Shown: piece after piece, positions 59,071 through 64,000 of the stretch | Layout of the letters: every line of letters starts with the position of its first letter | How positions within the stretch are numbered: position 1 is the first letter of the stretch | DNA from: Hyphomicrobiales bacterium | GTDB taxonomy: Bacteria; Pseudomonadota; Alphaproteobacteria; Rhizobiales; Rhizobiaceae | Reading direction: 5' to 3' | Assembly: GCA_022838525.1 (NCBI GenBank) | Contig: JALHFU010000002.1 | Span: 8,894 to 72,893, forward strand | DNA length: 64,000 nt | Program-made: the position numbers and the translations under genes | The notes under the pieces: generated by a model | What the model was told of the DNA's origin: nothing | The model's input: only the letters and a program-made list of their open reading frames with translations | The model's database searches: none

Positions 59071-60432
59071 CTACACGCCGAGCGACTTCAGCTTGCGATG
59101 AAGCGCGGAGCGCTCCATGCCGATGAACTCGGCCGTGCGGGAGATGTTGCCGCCGAAGCGGTTGATCTGGGCGAGGAGATATTCCTTCTCGAACAGCTCG
59201 CGCGCCTCGCGCAGCGGCAGCGCCATGATGTGCTGGTCCGACTGGTTGGGCGCGCGCGGCATGACGTCGCCGATCTCCTGCGGCAGGAGGTCGGCGGTGA
59301 TCGGCGTGTCGACGTCCTCGCCGCGGGCGAGGATCATCAGGCGTTCGATGTTGTTCTTGAGCTGCCGCACATTGCCCGGCCAGTTGTGGGCCTGGAGCAC
59401 GGCGAGCGCGTCGTCGCCGATGCGGCGCATCCTGATGCCGGCCTGGCTGGCGATCTGGCGCATGAAGTGATCGACCAGATAGGGAATGTCCTCGCGCCGC
59501 TCGGAGAGGCCGGGGACGACGACCGGAACCACGGCGAGGCGGTGATAGAGGTCTTCGCGGAACCGGCCCTGCCGGATCAGCGTCTCGATGTTCTGCGCCG
59601 TGGACGAGATGATGCGCACGTCGACCTTGACGCGGCGCGAGCCGCCGACGCGCTCGAACTGCTGGTCGACCAGCACGCGCAGGATCTTGCCCTGCGTCTC
59701 GCGCGGCATGTCGGCGACCTCGTCGATGTAGAGGATGCCGCGATGCGCCTCCTCCAGCGCGCCGACCTTGCGCTCGCCGCCATTGCCTTCGGTGCCGAAC
59801 AGCTCGATCTCCATGCGCTCGGGCGTGATCGAGGCGGCGCTGACGGTGACGAAGGGGCCGGTGCGCCGCGCCGAGAGCGCATGGATGGCGCGGGCGGCGA
59901 GCTCCTTGCCGGAGCCGGACGGCCCCATCATCATGATGCGGCTGTTGGTCGGCGCGACGCGCTCGATGGTCTGGCGAAGCTGGTTCATCGCCGCCGAATT
60001 GCCGATCAGGTCGTAGGTCTCGCCGCTGCGCTTCTTCAGGTCCGACAATTCGCGCCGGAGCTTCGACGTCTCCAGCGCCCGCTCGGCGATCAGGATCAGG
60101 CGATCGGCCTTGAACGGCTTCTCGATGAAGTCGTAGGCGCCGCGCCGGATGGCCGAGACGGCGGTCTCGATGGTGCCGTGGCCGGAGATCATCACCACGG
60201 GCAGGCCGGGGTGCAGCTTCTTGATCTCGTCGAGCAATTCGAGGCCGTCGAGGCGCGAGCCCTGCAGCCAGATGTCGAGGAAGACGAGCCGGGGCACGCG
60301 CTCGGAGATCGCAGCCAGCGCGCTGTCGGCATCGTGCGCGGTGCGCGTCTCGTGGCCTTCGTCGCCGAGGATGCCGGCGACCAGTTCGCGAATGTCCTCC
60401 TCGTCATCGACGATCAGAATGTCAGACGCCAT
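59071..60432 (-). CDS. ntrX: Response regulator NtrX
   Basis: Receiver (FLDIW), AAA+ domain lacking GAFTGA, HTH ERSALHRKLK; downstream of ntrY. Confidence 0.96.
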   Translation of the reverse strand: MASDILIVDDEEDIRELVAGILGDEGHETRTAHDADSALAAISERVPRLVFLDIWLQGSRLDGLELLDEIKKLHPGLPVVMISGHGTIETAVSAIRRGAYDFIEKPFKADRLILIAERALETSKLRRELSDLKKRSGETYDLIGNSAAMNQLRQTIERVAPTNSRIMMMGPSGSGKELAARAIHALSARRTGPFVTVSAASITPERMEIELFGTEGNGGERKVGALEEAHRGILYIDEVADMPRETQGKILRVLVDQQFERVGGSRRVKVDVRIISSTAQNIETLIRQGRFREDLYHRLAVVPVVVPGLSERREDIPYLVDHFMRQIASQAGIRMRRIGDDALAVLQAHNWPGNVRQLKNNIERLMILARGEDVDTPITADLLPQEIGDVMPRAPNQSDQHIMALPLREARELFEKEYLLAQINRFGGNISRTAEFIGMERSALHRKLKSLGV

Positions 60433-62689
60433 TTTTAACCTTTTCAGTCTTCCCTTCGCCCGCAGCGCCGGCCTGCGTCGCCGGCAGAACGATGCGGATC
60501 ATGGCCCCTCGCCCGCCATGGAAGTCGGCCGGCGCGTCGTGCAGCTCCAGCCGGCCGCCATGGTCCTCGACGATCTTCTTCACGATGGCAAGCCCGAGCC
60601 CGGTGCCCTTCTCGCGGGTCGTCGTATAGGGTTCGAGCAGCCGTTGCCTGTTCTCGCGCGGCAGGCCCTTGCCGTTGTCGATCACGTCCACGACGATGCC
60701 TTCGCGCGTGCGGGCGGCGCGCACGAGGATCGCGCCCTTCTCGCCGCCCTCGCGCTCGGCCGCCTCGATGGCCTCGGCCGCGTTCTTGATGAGGTTGCCG
60801 AACGCCTGCGACAGCAGCCGCGCATCGAAGGTCCCCGTCAGCGGCTCGTTGCCGAAATCGCGCGTGAAGGCGATGTCGGCGCGGCTGACCTCGACCAGGA
60901 ACGACGCCTCGCGCAGCGGCTCGCGCAGGTCGATCGCCTGCATGTCGGGCTTGGGCATGCGGGCGAAGGCCGAGAACTCGTCGACCATGCGGCCGATGTC
61001 GCCGACCTGGCGGATGATGGTCTGCGTGCACTGGTCGAAGACCTCGCGGTCCTCGGTGATGACCGAGCCGAAGCGCCTGCGGATGCGCTCGGCGGAAAGC
61101 TGGATCGGCGTCAGCGGGTTCTTGATCTCGTGGGCGATGCGGCGCGCGACGTCCGCCCAGGCCGACGAGCGCTGCGCCGAAACCAGGTCGGTGATGTCGT
61201 CGACGGTGACGACGTAGGAGGCGGTCCCGTCGCCGACGCCCGCTTCCTCGAGCGTCACCTGCACGTCGAAGGTGCGCTCCGCGCCGCCACGGAAGAACGT
61301 CGTCTGCTCGCGGTGGATGGCACGGCCGGACTGGCGCGCGATCTCGAACACGCGACCGACATGCGGCAGTACCTCCGACAGCCGCCGGCCGAGCACCGCG
61401 TCCGAGCGGATCGACAGCATGCGCTCGGCCGAGCGGTTGACGATGGTGATGGTGCCGTCGCGGTCGATGCCGATGACGCCTGCGGTGACGCCGGACAGCA
61501 CCGCCTCGGAGAAGCGCCGCCGCTCGTCGATCACGTCCTTGGCGGTGATGAGCTCGTTGCGCTGCGATTTCAGCTCGAGGATCATCTTGTTGAAGGTGTC
61601 GGCGAGCGAGCCGACGTCGCCGTCGGACGCCCGCACCGGCACGGCGACGTCGAGATTGCCGGTGGCGACCTCGTCGGCCGCGCCGATCAGCTGGCGGATC
61701 GGCCGCACCAGCCGGTCGGCGAGCGCGATGCCGGTCCAGATCGCCGACAGCACCACGATCAGCGTGACGCCGAGATAGGCGAGCGCGAAGGCGAGCTGCG
61801 TCGTCAGCCGGTTGTTCTCCAGCGCCCGGTACTCGTCGGTGTTGGCGCGCACGATCTGCCGCGCCTTGATGACCTCGGGATCGACGGAGCGGATGGTGTA
61901 GAGATAGGCGTCCTCGATCTCGCGCAGCTTGACGATGGCGCCGATGATGTTGCGCACCCGCGGCTCGATCAGCACCGGCAGGCCGTCGCCCGCGGTGCGC
62001 ACCGCCTCGATGGGCGGCGGCGGTATGGGAAAGTCGGCCTGCGTCTCGGCCTGCATGATGAAGGAGCCGTCGGCGCGGATCAGCGCGGCGTGGTCGAGCC
62101 CGCGGCCGGTGACGTGCTGGCTCATGCGGGTGCGGAAGCCGGTGCGGTCGAGGCCGTAGAGCGTGCGGTTGGCGTCGAGGTCGTAGGCCATCGACAGCGT
62201 CGTGTCCTGCAGGTTGCGCGCGTTCTCGTTGACGTAGGCCTCGGCGATGGACAGCGACGAGTTGATGATGACCTTGGTGCGGATCTCGAACCAGCGATCG
62301 AGCCCGATGTCGAGCGTGACCGAGGCGATGACGGCGACCATGAGCGCGGGGATCGCCGCGACCAGCGAGAACAGCGCGACGATGCGCACATGCAGCCGCG
62401 ATGCCGCCTTGCCGCGCCGCCGCGCCATGACGATGCGGTGCACCTCGCGCGAGATCAGCGCCACCAGCAGCAGGATGAAGGCGAGGTTGAGCGCGATCAG
62501 GGTGAGCGTGGTGGCGTAGTCCGGGTCGATCGGCGTTACGCCGAGCAGGACCGCGAACGACAGGCCCGCCGTGATCAGCGCGCCGGCGATGGCGGCAATG
62601 CCCGGCAGCGCGAGAAGCCGCCGCCCCTCGCCCGTCTGCGCGCCGTCTGCCGGCGCCTCTTGCGTCATTGCAGGTGCCTGCAACGCCAT
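60422..62689 (-). CDS. ntrY: Sensor histidine kinase NtrY
   Basis: TM segments, HAMP, PAS, WADVARRIAHEIKNPLTPIQLSAER, GTGLGL. Confidence 0.96.
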   Translation of the reverse strand: MALQAPAMTQEAPADGAQTGEGRRLLALPGIAAIAGALITAGLSFAVLLGVTPIDPDYATTLTLIALNLAFILLLVALISREVHRIVMARRRGKAASRLHVRIVALFSLVAAIPALMVAVIASVTLDIGLDRWFEIRTKVIINSSLSIAEAYVNENARNLQDTTLSMAYDLDANRTLYGLDRTGFRTRMSQHVTGRGLDHAALIRADGSFIMQAETQADFPIPPPPIEAVRTAGDGLPVLIEPRVRNIIGAIVKLREIEDAYLYTIRSVDPEVIKARQIVRANTDEYRALENNRLTTQLAFALAYLGVTLIVVLSAIWTGIALADRLVRPIRQLIGAADEVATGNLDVAVPVRASDGDVGSLADTFNKMILELKSQRNELITAKDVIDERRRFSEAVLSGVTAGVIGIDRDGTITIVNRSAERMLSIRSDAVLGRRLSEVLPHVGRVFEIARQSGRAIHREQTTFFRGGAERTFDVQVTLEEAGVGDGTASYVVTVDDITDLVSAQRSSAWADVARRIAHEIKNPLTPIQLSAERIRRRFGSVITEDREVFDQCTQTIIRQVGDIGRMVDEFSAFARMPKPDMQAIDLREPLREASFLVEVSRADIAFTRDFGNEPLTGTFDARLLSQAFGNLIKNAAEAIEAAEREGGEKGAILVRAARTREGIVVDVIDNGKGLPRENRQRLLEPYTTTREKGTGLGLAIVKKIVEDHGGRLELHDAPADFHGGRGAMIRIVLPATQAGAAGEGKTEKVKNGV

Positions 62690-62713
62690 GCGCTTACCGC
62701 CCGTCCATGATGC

Positions 62714-62750
62714 GTGGCATCTATGCAACGCATTGTGGCGAATTTGCAAC
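62714..62750. promoter_or_regulatory. Tandem GTGGC-N6-GCAAC sites in the ntrY promoter
   Basis: Two 16-bp imperfect palindromes 21 bp apart, with CAA-N4-TTG at their junction. Confidence 0.55.
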
Positions 62751-62794
62751 AAGCGCCTGCGCCGGACAACCGTCCGGCACGACGTTTGCCGGCG

Positions 62795-64000
<1,206 letters not shown>

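Noticed and set aside
59760..59830. NtrX lacks the GAFTGA loop
   Set aside because: Known, normal property of NtrX proteins.

Overview
GC-rich core chromosome of an alphaproteobacterium (order Hyphomicrobiales/Rhizobiales; gene order and repeat types suggest a Mesorhizobium/Aquamicrobium/Chelativorans-like Phyllobacteriaceae, which is an inference). Contents in order: gyrA (partial), marC, a secreted hypothetical protein, SIMPL/BP26, tRNA-Ile2(CAT), ssb and uvrA (one LexA box each), GST, DUF72, nnr, sigma54-driven glnB-glnA, PilZ, and a BTLCP peptidase. Then a long minus-strand block (nuoA-N, birA, rnj, mce, DUF1467, proS, lolE/C, lolD) with an alpha-r9-like sRNA on the plus strand. Then YbaY-META, pncB, YARHG, AKR, DUF1624, ICMT, liuR, mgtE, gamma-CA, DUF3126, cysE, ECH, ycaQ, LysR/gcdH, a frameshifted mazG, and hflX-hfq-dat-trkA-ntrX-ntrY-ntrC (partial). 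I see no prophage, transposase, CRISPR array or defence island, and no large new multi-gene system. The most interesting signals are small and mostly non-coding: (1) a two-hairpin 3'-UTR element whose C-rich loop is complementary to its own gene's RBS and start region; (2) an 11-bp-periodic TGAAC/GTTCA motif shared by promoters of two exported-protein genes; (3) an unexplained ~350-bp segment between ssb and uvrA with its own terminator; (4) a heptamer-array inverted repeat; (5) RIME/REP-type elements; (6) two gene lesions (a 38-nt foreign patch in mazG and an in-frame deletion in a CX5R phosphatase). All product calls come from recognising motifs by eye, not from database searches.
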